From Acidimicrobiales bacterium (lineage in GTDB: Bacteria > Actinomycetota > Acidimicrobiia > Acidimicrobiales > CATQHL01), in assembly GCA_965237375.1 (NCBI GenBank), contig CBDEFI010000001.1:448509-512508 (forward strand): 64,000 bases of DNA, given 5' to 3'. The first letter of the stretch is position 1; each line of letters starts with the position of its first letter. This document shows positions 18,189-28,371 of the stretch, in pieces. The notes beneath the pieces are model-generated. The model made no database searches and was not told the origin of the DNA. It saw nothing but the letters and a program-made list of their open reading frames with translations. Made by a program: the position numbers and the translations under genes.

Positions 18189-19078
18189 ACTCGCTCCACC
18201 CGTCTCGTCCCCAGCAGGCCGTGCGGGCGCCACAGCAGCACAACCACCATCAGCACGTACGGCACCACCACCTCGATGTTGGAGCCCAGCCAGGAGACGT
18301 CCACATAGCCCTGCGTCATGATCTCGGCGAGGCCGATGAGGACCCCGCCCAGCACCGCCCCGCCGGCAGAGTCCAGCCCGCCCACGATCATGGCCGGGAA
18401 GGCGGCGAGAGCCACGAAGCCGATCGCCGGCGAGAGGGCTCCACCGCCACGACTGGTCAGCATGACGCCCGCCACGACCGCCACCGCCGCCGCCACCGCC
18501 CACGACACCGCGAACGAGCGCCCCACGGAGATGCCCTGCGCGGCGGCCGCCTCCTGGTCCAGGGCGGTGGCCCGCATCCCCAGGCCGGTGCGGGAATAGC
18601 GGAAGAACAGGAAGAACGCCCCCAGCAGCACCGCCGCGGCAACCATGGTCCACAGGTCGGCGTGGCGCAACGTAACGCCGCCGAATTGGCTGCGCCCGTT
18701 GCCCCACGGAACGCTCAGCACCAGCCCGGGCGCCGTCCACACCGATCGCACCACCTGTTCGATGATGAGCAGCAGGCCCAGTGTGATCAGGACAACAGTG
18801 AACACCGGCTTGCCGACCATGGGGCGCATCACCACCCGCTCCAGGAACATCCCGACGGCCGCCATGGCGATCATCACCAGCACGAGGGCGACCCAGAACG
18901 GCAGACCCCAGTCGGTACCGAACTGATACACCAGGTACGCGCCGAGGGTGACGAAACCACCCTGGGCAAAGTTGAAGGCGCCGCTGGACTTGTAGATCAC
19001 CACGAACCCCAGCGCCACCAGGGCGTAGATCCCCCCGAGGGCGACACCGGAGAGCAGCAACTGCAGGAACTTGTCCAT
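18185..19078 (-). CDS. livH: branched-chain amino acid ABC permease (LivH-like)
   Basis: MDKFLQLLLSGVALGGIYALVALGFVVIYKSSGAFNFAQG. ATG 19078 overlaps the LivG TAA stop by 1 nt. Confidence 0.85.
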   Translation of the reverse strand: MDKFLQLLLSGVALGGIYALVALGFVVIYKSSGAFNFAQGGFVTLGAYLVYQFGTDWGLPFWVALVLVMIAMAAVGMFLERVVMRPMVGKPVFTVVLITLGLLLIIEQVVRSVWTAPGLVLSVPWGNGRSQFGGVTLRHADLWTMVAAAVLLGAFFLFFRYSRTGLGMRATALDQEAAAAQGISVGRSFAVSWAVAAAVAVVAGVMLTSRGGGALSPAIGFVALAAFPAMIVGGLDSAGGAVLGGVLIGLAEIMTQGYVDVSWLGSNIEVVVPYVLMVVVLLWRPHGLLGTRRVERV

Positions 19079-20025
19079 TATGTCTGGGCGCCGGGCTCGG
19101 GCCAGTCGGCGGGCGTTGTCAGATGGGCGGCACCGTGCCCGGCGCCGGATTCTTGAGAGCCGGATGTCCGGGCGCCGGGCTCGGGCATGTCGGCGGGCGT
19201 TGTGGGCGCGGCGTCCTCGTCGGCGGCGCCGAGGTAGGCCTCCACGACGGCGGGATGGTTCGCCACCGCCTCCGGGGCGCCCGCGGCGATGACCGCCCCG
19301 AAGTTCATGGCGACGAGACGGTCGGCCACCTCCAGCACGAGATGCATGTGGTGCTCCACCAGCAGCATGGTCAGGCCCATCTCCGCCCTGATCCCGCTCA
19401 GCAACTCGCCCGTCTGCTCGCGCTCGCCGCGGGTCATGCCGGCAACGGGCTCGTCGAGCATCAGCAGCCGCGGCTCGGCGGCAAGGGCACGTCCGATCTC
19501 GATGCGCTTCTGCACTCCGTAGGGCAGGAGGCCCACGGGACGGCCCACGTAGCTGCCGAGATCCAGGAAGTCCACGATCTCCGCGCACTGCCGCCGGTGA
19601 GCAATCTCCTCGCGCCGGGCGCGGCCGAACCACACGGCGCCGGCTGCCAGACCCGTCCGCATCAAGGTGTGGCGTCCCAGCATCAGGTTGTCGACCACGT
19701 CGAGATTCTCGAACAGCGCCAGATTCTGGAACGTGCGGGCCACGCCGGCGGCGGCGATGCGCGAGGGCCGCATTCCGGTCAGGTCCATGCCGTCGAAGAG
19801 CAGGGATCCCTGCTGGGGGTGATACACGCCGCTGATGCAGTTGAACATCGACGTCTTGCCGGCGCCGTTGGGGCCGATCAGAGCGAGCAACTCGCCGCCA
19901 CGCAAGTCGAACGACACCCCGTTGAGGGCTTTCACACCCCCGAAGGACAGGCTCACACCGTCCACGCTCAGCAGCGGCTCCCCACCACGTCCGCCGGCGC
20001 CGGTCACGTTGGTCACCGTGCTCAC
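19078..20025 (-). CDS. livG: branched-chain amino acid ABC ATP-binding protein (LivG-like) with ~45-aa C-terminal extension
   Basis: Motifs GPNGAGKTSMFN and LPYGVQKRIEIGRALAAEPRLLMLDEPVAG. GTG start overlaps (GTGA) the LivF stop. Confidence 0.85.
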   Translation of the reverse strand: MSTVTNVTGAGGRGGEPLLSVDGVSLSFGGVKALNGVSFDLRGGELLALIGPNGAGKTSMFNCISGVYHPQQGSLLFDGMDLTGMRPSRIAAAGVARTFQNLALFENLDVVDNLMLGRHTLMRTGLAAGAVWFGRARREEIAHRRQCAEIVDFLDLGSYVGRPVGLLPYGVQKRIEIGRALAAEPRLLMLDEPVAGMTRGEREQTGELLSGIRAEMGLTMLLVEHHMHLVLEVADRLVAMNFGAVIAAGAPEAVANHPAVVEAYLGAADEDAAPTTPADMPEPGARTSGSQESGAGHGAAHLTTPADWPEPGAQT

Positions 20026-20801
20026 CCGTCACCCAGGTAGAGCTTCTGCACGTCGGTGTCGTGGCGCAGCGCAGCAGCGGGGCCGCTCATCGCCACACGA
20101 CCCGCCTGCAGCACATACGCGCTCTCAGCGATCGACAGCGCCATGGCAGCGTTCTGCTCCACCAGCAGCACGGTGGTGCCGGCGGCGTTGAGGGCGCTGA
20201 TTATCCCGGCGATCTGCTTCACGATGCGCGGCGCCAAGCCCAGCGACGGTTCGTCGAGCAGCAACAGCCGCGGCGAACTCATGAGCGCCCGCCCGATGGC
20301 CAGCATCTGCTGCTCCCCGCCGGACAGGTAGCCGGCCTGACTGCGACGCCGCTCGGCCAGCAGCGGGAACCCCTCGAAGACCTCCCTGGTGGCAGCGGCC
20401 ACCCTGCGACGGTCCCGCACCGTCACAGCGCCCGCCCGCAGGTTCTCCTCCACGGTCAACTCGGCGAAGATCCGGCGCCCCTCCATGACCTGCGCCATGC
20501 CGCGTCGCACCAATGCCGTGGCGGATGCCCGCCCGACGGGCGCCCCGTCGAACAGCACCTGCCCGTCGGTGATGCGCCCGCCGTGGAACGACAGCAGCCC
20601 GGTGATTGCCCGCAGCAGGGTGGTCTTGCCGGCGCCGTTGGCTCCCAGCAGGGCCACCACCGTGCCAGATGCCACCCGCATGTCCAGGTCGTGGAGAACC
20701 GACAGGGCGGGGCCGTAGCGGACGCTCAGGCCGGAGACCTCGAGTATGGGCTCCCCCGCCGCATCCCCGCTCATCGGACCGCACCGTACCAGCGCCCGCA
20801 A
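20022..20801 (-). CDS. livF: branched-chain amino acid ABC ATP-binding protein (LivF-like)
   Basis: Motifs LLGANGAGKTTLLRAITG and LSGGEQQMLAIGRALMSSPRLLLLDEPSLGLAP. The start could be Met10 (20774). Confidence 0.85.
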   Translation of the reverse strand: MRALVRCGPMSGDAAGEPILEVSGLSVRYGPALSVLHDLDMRVASGTVVALLGANGAGKTTLLRAITGLLSFHGGRITDGQVLFDGAPVGRASATALVRRGMAQVMEGRRIFAELTVEENLRAGAVTVRDRRRVAAATREVFEGFPLLAERRRSQAGYLSGGEQQMLAIGRALMSSPRLLLLDEPSLGLAPRIVKQIAGIISALNAAGTTVLLVEQNAAMALSIAESAYVLQAGRVAMSGPAAALRHDTDVQKLYLGDG

Positions 20802-21006
20802 CGACGGCCCGCCATCGCCGCCACCGTCGTCTCGTGGTCGACGTGCGGTTGCCGCTTCACCGCCGTGGGGTTGCGCCTATCGTTCGGTCCGTGGGTCGGC
20901 GCGGCGCGCTAGCCTATGCGAACAGAAGTTCTAATCCGATGCGCCCGGACGGCTGCCCCGCCGGTCGAGCGCCAACCGCCCGGAGGCGGAGGAACCCGGA
21001 CGCACC

Positions 21007-24000
21007 ATGACCACCGTCCAAGCCGCCCCACCCACTCCCGGCCCCGCAGATACTCGCGCCGACGCCCTGGCCGGTTTCCACCCTGCGGTCCGAGCGTGGT
21101 TCTGTCAGCGCTTCCCCGGCGGACCCACACCCGCGCAGGCCGGCGCCTGGCCCGCCATCGCCGCCGGCGCCGACACGCTCGTGAGCGCCCCCACCGGGTC
21201 GGGCAAGACCCTGTCGGCCTTCTTCGTGGCCATCAACGCCCTCTGGCAAGCCCACGAGCGGGGCGAGGAGGTGGCCGGGCAGACCCAGGTGGTCTACGTC
21301 TCGCCGCTGAAGGCCCTGGCCACCGACGTGAGCGAGAACCTCACCGGCCCGCTGGCCGAGATCGAGAAGATCGCCCGGGAGATGGGCTACGAGCCCCCGC
21401 CGCTGCGTGTGGCCGTCCGCTCCGGCGACACCACCGCGTCGGCGCGGGCCACGATGCTGCGCAACCCGCCCAACTTCGTCATCACCACACCCGAGTCGCT
21501 CTACCTCCTGCTCACCGCCGCTCGCAGCCGGGAGATGCTGCGCACCGCCCGCTGGGTGATCGTGGACGAGATCCACGCCGTGGCCCGAGACAAGCGTGGC
21601 TCCCACCTGGCCCTGAGCCTGGAGCGCCTGGCCCACGTGTGCGAGCGGCGACCGCTGCGGATCGGCCTGTCGGCCACGCAGCGACCCATCGCCACGATCC
21701 AGCGGCTCCTCGTGGGTGTCGAACCTCCCGGCGAGGCCGGCCGCCCGTCGGTCGTGATCGACGTGGGGCACCGGCGGCAGCTGGATCTGGCCCTGGAATT
21801 GCCCCCCAGCGAGTTGGAGGCCGTGGCCCCCGCCGAGCAGACCGCCGAGGTCCTCGACCGGATCGCCGAGTTGATCGAGGCCCACCACACGACGCTGGTG
21901 TTCGTCAACACCCGCCGCGAAGCCGAGCGCATCGCCCACCTGCTGGCCGAGCGGCTCGGCGACGGCGACGTGGCCTCACACCACGGCTCGCTCTCCAAGG
22001 AGCGCCGCCTGCGCGTCGAGACCCGGCTCCGGGCCGGCGACCTGCGCGCCCTCGTCGCCACCGCCTCCCTGGAGTTGGGCATCGACATCGGTCCGGTGGA
22101 CCTGGCGTGCCAGATCGGCAGCCCCCGCAGCATGGCCACGTTCCTGCAGCGGGTCGGGCGCTCGGGCCACGCCGTGGGCGCCGTCCCCAAGGGCCGCCTG
22201 TTCCCCACGACGCGGGACCAACTCGTGGAGTGCGCCGCGCTGCTGGCAGGCGTGCGAGCCGGGCGGCTCGATGCCGTCACGCCGCCCGTGGCGCCCCTCG
22301 ACGTGCTGGCGCAGCAGATCACGGCGGAGTGCGCCGCCGAGCGCTGGGACATCGACGCCCTGTTCGGGCTGATGCGCCGCGCCGCGCCCTACGCGGAGCT
22401 TCCCCGGGAGGCGTTCGACGAGGCGCTTCAGTTCGTCAACACCGGCATCACGACCGGGCGCGGCCGCCGCGGCGCCTACGTCCACGTCGACACCGCTGCC
22501 GGCGAGGCCGCAGGACGGCGCGGCGCCCGGCTGGCCGCTCTGACCTCGGGCGGAGCGATCCCCGACGTGGCCGACTACCGGGTGCTGCTGGACCCCGACG
22601 ACACCTTCCTGGGAACGGTCAACGAGGACTGGGCCATCGAGTCGATGGCCGGCGACGTGTTCCTGCTGGGCTCGCACTCGTGGCGCATCCGGCGCATCGA
22701 ATCGGGCGTGGTGCGGGTGGTCGACGCCGAGGGCGCGCCGCCCTCGGTGCCGTTCTGGCTGGGCGAGGCCCCCTCCCGCACCGCCGAGTTGAGCGTCGAG
22801 GTGAGCGACCTGCGGGCACTGGTCGACGGCTTCCTCGCCGCCGGCGACCCCGACGGCGCCCGGCGGGCGGTCGCCGAACGGTGCGGCATCTCGACGGTCG
22901 CGGCGGAGATCCTGGTGTCGTACCTGGCCGCCGCCCGAGCGACCCTGGGTTCGCTGCCCACCCAGCACCGGCTGGTCATCGAGCGCTTCTTCGACGACAC
23001 CGGCAGCATGCAACTCGTGATCCACAGCCCCTACGGGGGGCGGGTGAACCGGGGGCTGGGTCTGGCGCTGCGCAAGCGCTTCTGTCGCACGTTCGACTTC
23101 GAGTTGCAGGCGGCGGCCAACGACGACGCCGTCGTGCTGTCGCTCGGGCCCCAGCACAGCTTCCCCCTCGCCGACGTGCCGCGGATGCTCGACCCCAACA
23201 CCGTGACCGACGTGCTGACGCAGGCGATCATCGTCTCGCCCCTGTTCGGGGTGCGCTGGCGCTGGAACCTGAACCGGTCGCTCACCGTGCTGCGGTTCAA
23301 GGGCGGGCGCCGCAACCCGCCGCCCATCCAGCGCATGGAGGCCGACGACGTCATGGCCGCCGTCTTCCCCGGCTTGGCGGCCTGCGGCGACAACAACCCG
23401 GGACCGATCCCGATCCCCGACCACCTGCTGGTGCGCCAGACGCTCCACGACGCCCTGCACGAAGCCGCCGACATCGACGGACTGGTGGAGTTGCTGGGGG
23501 CGATGCGCTCCGGGGAGGTGGCCGTGGAGTTGCGCGACACGCCCGAGCCCTCCCCGTTGGCGCACGAAATCCTCAACGGCCGACCCTTCACGTTCCTCGA
23601 CGAGGCCCCACTGGAGGAACGCCGCACCCGGGCCGTGCGGCTGCCGCGCGGGCTGCCGGTGGACCTGAGCGAGATCGGCGTGCTGCACCCCGACGCCATC
23701 GAGCGGGTGTGCGCCGAGGTGGCACCCGACGTGCGCGACCCCGACGAACTCCACGACCTGCTGTCGCAGCTGGTGCTGTGCCGACCGCGGGCCGACTGGG
23801 CCGACCTCCACGCCCAGCTGGTCACCGCCGGGCGAGCCGGTACCGCGGGTGGGTTCTGGTGCGCAACGGAGTGGCGCCCCGCAGTGGCCTCCCTGCTGGG
23901 CGAGCAGCAGTCGGACGCGACGACGAATGGTGAGGGCCCCGGACCGACCGCGACGCAGCTGGAGGCCGCTGCGATCGAAACCGTCCGCGGGCACCTCGAG

Positions 24001-25353
24001 GTGTTGGGACCGGTGACCGTCGGCGAACTCTGCGCCGCCACGTTGCTCGCCGAGGGAACCGTGCGGATCGCCCTGGCGGCGCTGCAAGCCGAAGGTTTCG
24101 CTCTCTCGGGGACGTTCCGCCGGCCGAACCCGGCCGAGGCCAACTCCGAGGACCCGGAGTGGTGCAGCCGCCGGCTGCTGGCGCGCATCCACGTGTACTC
24201 CCAGCGCCGTCGGCGGCGTGACATCGAGCCGGTCACCGCGGCGGACTTCATGCGCTTCCTGTTCCGCTGGCAGCACGTCGCACCCGGCACGCAGGTGCGG
24301 GGGCGGGCCGGGCTCAGCGCCGTCATTGAGCAGTTGCAGGGTTTCGAGGCCGCAGCCGGAGCCTGGGAGAAGCAGATCCTCGCCCGGCGCATCGACGGCT
24401 ACCTGCCCGTCTGGCTCGACGAGTTGTGCCTGTCCGGCGAGTTGGCCTGGGGACGTCTCGGGCTGCGGCGCACCGACGAGACGCGGCCGGGCACCGGCAC
24501 CTCTCGGGCCACGCCCGTGACGCTGGGGCTGCGCGGCGACTTCGAGTGGCTGACGGCAGCGGCCCGTGGCGGCGAGACGCCGGTGGTGCCCGAGGCGGGT
24601 GCGGTGGCGGAGATCGTCGAGGCCCTGGAGTGCCACGGCGCCCGCTTCGGCAGCGAACTTGCCGCCGACTGCGGGCGGCTGCCGACCGACATCGAGGCAG
24701 GGCTCACCGACGGCGTCTCTCGCGGGCTGCTGACCGCCGACAGCTTCGGCGCGTTGCGCACCCTGCTCGGTGGCCACCGCCGGGGCACCCGCGGCGGCCG
24801 GCTACAGCCGCGGCGAGGCTTGCGCCGCGGGGCGCAGGGTCTCACCGGTCCGGTGGGCCGTTGGTCGCTGCTGGCGGCCCCCGAGGGCGACTACGAACCC
24901 GACGAGTTGGCCGAGGCCACCGCCGAGCAACTCCTGGCTCGCTGGGGGGTGGTGTTCCGCGATCTCGCCCGGACGGAGACCCTGGCCCTGCCGTGGCGGG
25001 AGGTGCTGTGGGCGCTGCGCCGCCTCGAGGCTCGAGGCGTGATCCGCGGTGGGCGTTTCGTCACAGGATTCACCGGCGAGCAGTTCGCGCTGCCGGCCGC
25101 CGTCGACGAGTTGCGCCGGGTGCGCCGCAGCGAGCGCAACGGCGAACGGGTGGCGATCTCGGCGACCGACCCGCTGAACCTCACCGGTATCGTCACCCCG
25201 GGGCCGCGGATTCCGGCTGTGGCCACGCGGTCGGTGACCTACACCGACGGCGTCCCCTCCCCCGCCCCGGCAACGCCGGAAGCCCCGACCGTCGATGTTG
25301 CGTCGCACGACGACGGGCACGAGACCCGTCCGGTCGGAGCATCGCTGTCGTGA
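21007..25353 (+). CDS. lhr: Lhr-family large ATP-dependent DEXH-box helicase
   Basis: 1,448 aa. Walker A SAPTGSGKTLSAFF, VIVDEIHAV (DEIH box), SATQRP, and a long Lhr-type C-terminal extension. Confidence 0.9.
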   Translation: MTTVQAAPPTPGPADTRADALAGFHPAVRAWFCQRFPGGPTPAQAGAWPAIAAGADTLVSAPTGSGKTLSAFFVAINALWQAHERGEEVAGQTQVVYVSPLKALATDVSENLTGPLAEIEKIAREMGYEPPPLRVAVRSGDTTASARATMLRNPPNFVITTPESLYLLLTAARSREMLRTARWVIVDEIHAVARDKRGSHLALSLERLAHVCERRPLRIGLSATQRPIATIQRLLVGVEPPGEAGRPSVVIDVGHRRQLDLALELPPSELEAVAPAEQTAEVLDRIAELIEAHHTTLVFVNTRREAERIAHLLAERLGDGDVASHHGSLSKERRLRVETRLRAGDLRALVATASLELGIDIGPVDLACQIGSPRSMATFLQRVGRSGHAVGAVPKGRLFPTTRDQLVECAALLAGVRAGRLDAVTPPVAPLDVLAQQITAECAAERWDIDALFGLMRRAAPYAELPREAFDEALQFVNTGITTGRGRRGAYVHVDTAAGEAAGRRGARLAALTSGGAIPDVADYRVLLDPDDTFLGTVNEDWAIESMAGDVFLLGSHSWRIRRIESGVVRVVDAEGAPPSVPFWLGEAPSRTAELSVEVSDLRALVDGFLAAGDPDGARRAVAERCGISTVAAEILVSYLAAARATLGSLPTQHRLVIERFFDDTGSMQLVIHSPYGGRVNRGLGLALRKRFCRTFDFELQAAANDDAVVLSLGPQHSFPLADVPRMLDPNTVTDVLTQAIIVSPLFGVRWRWNLNRSLTVLRFKGGRRNPPPIQRMEADDVMAAVFPGLAACGDNNPGPIPIPDHLLVRQTLHDALHEAADIDGLVELLGAMRSGEVAVELRDTPEPSPLAHEILNGRPFTFLDEAPLEERRTRAVRLPRGLPVDLSEIGVLHPDAIERVCAEVAPDVRDPDELHDLLSQLVLCRPRADWADLHAQLVTAGRAGTAGGFWCATEWRPAVASLLGEQQSDATTNGEGPGPTATQLEAAAIETVRGHLEVLGPVTVGELCAATLLAEGTVRIALAALQAEGFALSGTFRRPNPAEANSEDPEWCSRRLLARIHVYSQRRRRRDIEPVTAADFMRFLFRWQHVAPGTQVRGRAGLSAVIEQLQGFEAAAGAWEKQILARRIDGYLPVWLDELCLSGELAWGRLGLRRTDETRPGTGTSRATPVTLGLRGDFEWLTAAARGGETPVVPEAGAVAEIVEALECHGARFGSELAADCGRLPTDIEAGLTDGVSRGLLTADSFGALRTLLGGHRRGTRGGRLQPRRGLRRGAQGLTGPVGRWSLLAAPEGDYEPDELAEATAEQLLARWGVVFRDLARTETLALPWREVLWALRRLEARGVIRGGRFVTGFTGEQFALPAAVDELRRVRRSERNGERVAISATDPLNLTGIVTPGPRIPAVATRSVTYTDGVPSPAPATPEAPTVDVASHDDGHETRPVGASLS

Positions 25354-26705
25354 CGACCGGCAGCGGCATCGCCGTCACAATCGGGATCGACATCGGCACC
25401 ACATCGGTGAAGGCGGTGGCCGTTGACGACGACGGGCGGATCCTGGCGCGGAGCAGGCGAGCCCACGAGTTGCGCGCCCCGGTGCCGGGACTGCTGGAGC
25501 ACGACGCGGCGAGCGCCTGGCGCGACGGCCCGCTGCGGGCCTGGGACGATGTCGGCGGCGCGGGCGACCCGCGGGCGGTGTGCGTGGCTGCCATGGTGCC
25601 GTCGCTCACCGCGGTCGACGGCAGGGGTGTCCCCGTCGGGCCCGGGCTGCTGTACGGCGACGCCCGCGGCGACGCCCTCCCCGGCCTCCCGCCGGTGGGC
25701 AACGAGGAGTTCGTCGGGTTCCTCCGTCATCTGGCGCAGCAGCATCCCGAAGCCGCCGGCTACTGGCCGGCGCAGACCGTCGCCAACCATGCCCTGGGCG
25801 GCGTGGCGGCCCTCGACACCGCCACGGCCATGGCCGCGCTGCCGCTGTTCACCGGCACCGGCTGGGACCGGGCGCTGTGCGACGAACTGGGCGCGCGCCC
25901 CGAGCAACTCCCGACGCTCGTGGCGGGCTGGACACCGGCCGGCGACATCGACGGGGTGCCGCTGGGTGCCGGCACCGTGGACGGCCTCGCCGAGTTGGCC
26001 GTCGCCGGGGCCGCCGAGGTGGGCGACGTGATCGTCACGCTCGGCAGCACCCTGGTGTGCTGGATCGTGACCGACACGTGGCGCGAGGTGGAGGGCCTCT
26101 GGTCGATCCCCCACGTTGCGCCCGACCGGTTCCTCGTCGGCGGCCCGAGCAACGCCGGGGGGCTGTTCTGGGACCGGGTACGGGCGATGCTGGGCGACCC
26201 GCCCGACGGTGGAGAGTTCGACGCTCTGGTGGCAGGCCTCGAGCCGGGGGACCTGCCGATGTGGCTGCCGTCCATCCACCCCGAACGCACCCCCGTCGCC
26301 GGCACCGCCCGCTCGGCGTCGCTGCTGGGGCTGGAGGCCACGCACACCCGGACGCACCTGCACCGGGCGGCCCTGGAAGCCACCGGCTTCGTCGTGCGCC
26401 GCCACATCGAGGCAGCCGGACTACCGGCGCACCGCATCGTGGCCACCGGCGGTGGCACCACGCTCGGGCCGTGGATGCAGGCCCTTGCCGACTGCTGCGG
26501 CCTACCGGTCGACGTGGCCGCCATCCCCGAGGGCGCCGCCCTGGGCGCCGCCTTCGCCGCCCGCCTGGTGGCCGGTCTGGAGACCGACCTGGCCGACGGC
26601 GCCCGCTGGGCGGCCACCGCCCGCACCGTCGAGCCGGACCCCCACTGGACAGGCCCCGCCGACGAGCGCTACCGGCGTTTCGACACCCTGCTGGCACAGG
26701 CGTAG
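25350..26705 (+). CDS. FGGY-family carbohydrate kinase
   Basis: GTG 25350 overlaps (GTGA) the lhr stop. Motifs IGIDIGTTSVKAVAVDDDGRILA at the N-terminus and RIVATGGGTTLGPWMQALADCCGLPV at the C-terminus. The upstream part of the 759-aa track ORF is antisense-frame noise inside lhr. Confidence 0.75.
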   Translation: MTTGSGIAVTIGIDIGTTSVKAVAVDDDGRILARSRRAHELRAPVPGLLEHDAASAWRDGPLRAWDDVGGAGDPRAVCVAAMVPSLTAVDGRGVPVGPGLLYGDARGDALPGLPPVGNEEFVGFLRHLAQQHPEAAGYWPAQTVANHALGGVAALDTATAMAALPLFTGTGWDRALCDELGARPEQLPTLVAGWTPAGDIDGVPLGAGTVDGLAELAVAGAAEVGDVIVTLGSTLVCWIVTDTWREVEGLWSIPHVAPDRFLVGGPSNAGGLFWDRVRAMLGDPPDGGEFDALVAGLEPGDLPMWLPSIHPERTPVAGTARSASLLGLEATHTRTHLHRAALEATGFVVRRHIEAAGLPAHRIVATGGGTTLGPWMQALADCCGLPVDVAAIPEGAALGAAFAARLVAGLETDLADGARWAATARTVEPDPHWTGPADERYRRFDTLLAQA

Positions 26706-26860
26706 CGACCACGACGGTACAGACGATCTGAACCGCCCCGGACTCTCAGGAGACCCACGAAACGGCTCGCGTCGCGCCCCAGGTCTTCGACGGGGCGTCC
26801 GCCGGGACGATGACACGGTTGGCCTGCAGGATTGCGGCGCGGCCTTCTAGTGTCGCGGAC

Positions 26861-27718
26861 ATGACGACGGCGGTGACCATCACCGGAAGCGGCATACCGA
26901 TGCCGTCACCGGGGCGGGCCGGGGCCGGCGCCCTAGTGCGCCACAACGACACGCTCATCCAGGTCGACGCCGGCCCGGCGACGCTGTTCCGCCTCACCGA
27001 GGCCGAGATCGACATCACCGGACTGGCGGCGCTGGTCATCACCCATCACCACAGTGACCACCTCATGGGGATCCCGGAGTTGGTCCTTACCCGGTGGATT
27101 CGCAACGGGGCACGCCCCTGCCCGGCTCTCGGTATTCATTGCCCCGCCGGTGCCGCGGTGCGCTACCTCGAGTCGCTGTTCGACAACCTGGAGCCCGACA
27201 TAGCGGCGCGCATCAGCCTGGCGCGGTTCCCCGATCGGCCCGAACCCGCAGTCCACCCCTTCCAGCCGGCAACGCATCCAACCGCTGTCGCCCGTTTGGG
27301 CGACGTACTCGTGGAAGCCGTTTCTGTCGAACACGGCGACATCGTGCCCGCAGTGGCCTACCGGTTCACCACACCCGACGGCGTCGTCGTCATCTCCGGT
27401 GACACGCGGGCGTGCGACGCCGTCGAAGATCTGGCGGAGGGGGCCGACATCCTGGTGCACGAGGTCTGCTCACCCCGGAAACTCCTCGAGGCGGGTCTGG
27501 CAACCGAGCGGGTGGATCGGCTCGCGCACCATCACGCAGAGCCACACATGGTTGGAGCCCTCGCGGACCGCGCCGACGTGGCGCAATTGGTGCTCACGCA
27601 CCTCATGCCGCCGCCACGGGGACCCGACGACACCGCCGCGCTCGTCGCCGATGTCCGCTCCGGCGGCTACGAGGGCGACGTCGTGGTGGCATCGGACCTG
27701 TACACCGCAACCGTGTAG
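26861..27718 (+). CDS. MBL-fold metallo-hydrolase (RNase Z/BN-like)
   Basis: MTTAVTITGSGIPMPSPGRAG.. and VITHHHSDHLMG (HxHxDH). ATG 26861 chosen inside track ORF 26810..27718. Confidence 0.75.
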   Translation: MTTAVTITGSGIPMPSPGRAGAGALVRHNDTLIQVDAGPATLFRLTEAEIDITGLAALVITHHHSDHLMGIPELVLTRWIRNGARPCPALGIHCPAGAAVRYLESLFDNLEPDIAARISLARFPDRPEPAVHPFQPATHPTAVARLGDVLVEAVSVEHGDIVPAVAYRFTTPDGVVVISGDTRACDAVEDLAEGADILVHEVCSPRKLLEAGLATERVDRLAHHHAEPHMVGALADRADVAQLVLTHLMPPPRGPDDTAALVADVRSGGYEGDVVVASDLYTATV

Positions 27719-27837
27719 CGGCCCGGATCGGCGCTCAGGCGTCGGCGGCGGGCTCGACGGACTGGCGAAGTTCCTGCGCACAGGCAAACGTCGGCATCGC
27801 GGTTGCGGGCAGCCCCGGCGTTATCGCTGCGGTCGGG

Positions 27838-28323
27838 TCAGGGGCGGCGGCCGATGGGGTGCATTGTCGACCGGTGGAAGTCCTGCGTGCCCGCCCCGCA
27901 CAGCCGCAGTTCCGCGATGCGCCAGCCGTCCGCCGTGCGGCGCATGCGGCAGTGGTACTGGCCCCAGAGGTAGCCGTCGGGTGCGCCGCTGCGGTAGCGG
28001 TGCCAGGCGTACACGTAGGCGGTGACTCGGGCTCGGCCGGCGCCGTCGGCGCTGATGCGCACGTTGGAGATGTGGTGCGAGGTGGCTGCGAAGATCTCCT
28101 GCAAGCCCCGAGCCACGGAGGCGGTGAGGTTGTGGCGCCCGATGATGCGGGGAAACTCCGGCCCGTAGTCGACGACGGCGTCGTCGCAGAACAATGCGCC
28201 CAGGTCCTCGGGCTCGTTGCGGTCGAAGTGCCAGGCGTACGCGAGAAAAAGATCGGCGATCGCCGTCCGGTCGGCGGCGTCGAGCAGGGCGGTGGAGGGA
28301 TCTTCGACGGGCATGGGAGTCAC
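27838..28323 (-). CDS. SnoaL-like / NTF2-fold protein, paralog A
   Basis: 161 aa; ..DRTAIADLFLAYAWHFDRNEPEDLGALFCDDAVVDYGPEF.. is typical of SnoaL_4/NTF2-like proteins. Confidence 0.65.
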   Translation of the reverse strand: MTPMPVEDPSTALLDAADRTAIADLFLAYAWHFDRNEPEDLGALFCDDAVVDYGPEFPRIIGRHNLTASVARGLQEIFAATSHHISNVRISADGAGRARVTAYVYAWHRYRSGAPDGYLWGQYHCRMRRTADGWRIAELRLCGAGTQDFHRSTMHPIGRRP

Positions 28324-28371
28324 GGGTGGTGATTCATGATGCGGCGTATCAGCTCCGCCGCGCCCGCCCGG

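Noticed and set aside
18185-20032. 615-aa ORF spanning livH and livG
   Set aside because: Only the C-terminal 297 aa (MDKFLQ..) is LivH. The upstream part is an alternative frame of livG without motifs.
20916-24777. 1,005-aa (+) and 933-aa (-) ORFs overlapping lhr
   Set aside because: Alternative or antisense frames of the lhr gene. Their compositions are Arg/Pro/Gly-dominated, whereas the 21007..25353 frame has complete helicase motifs.
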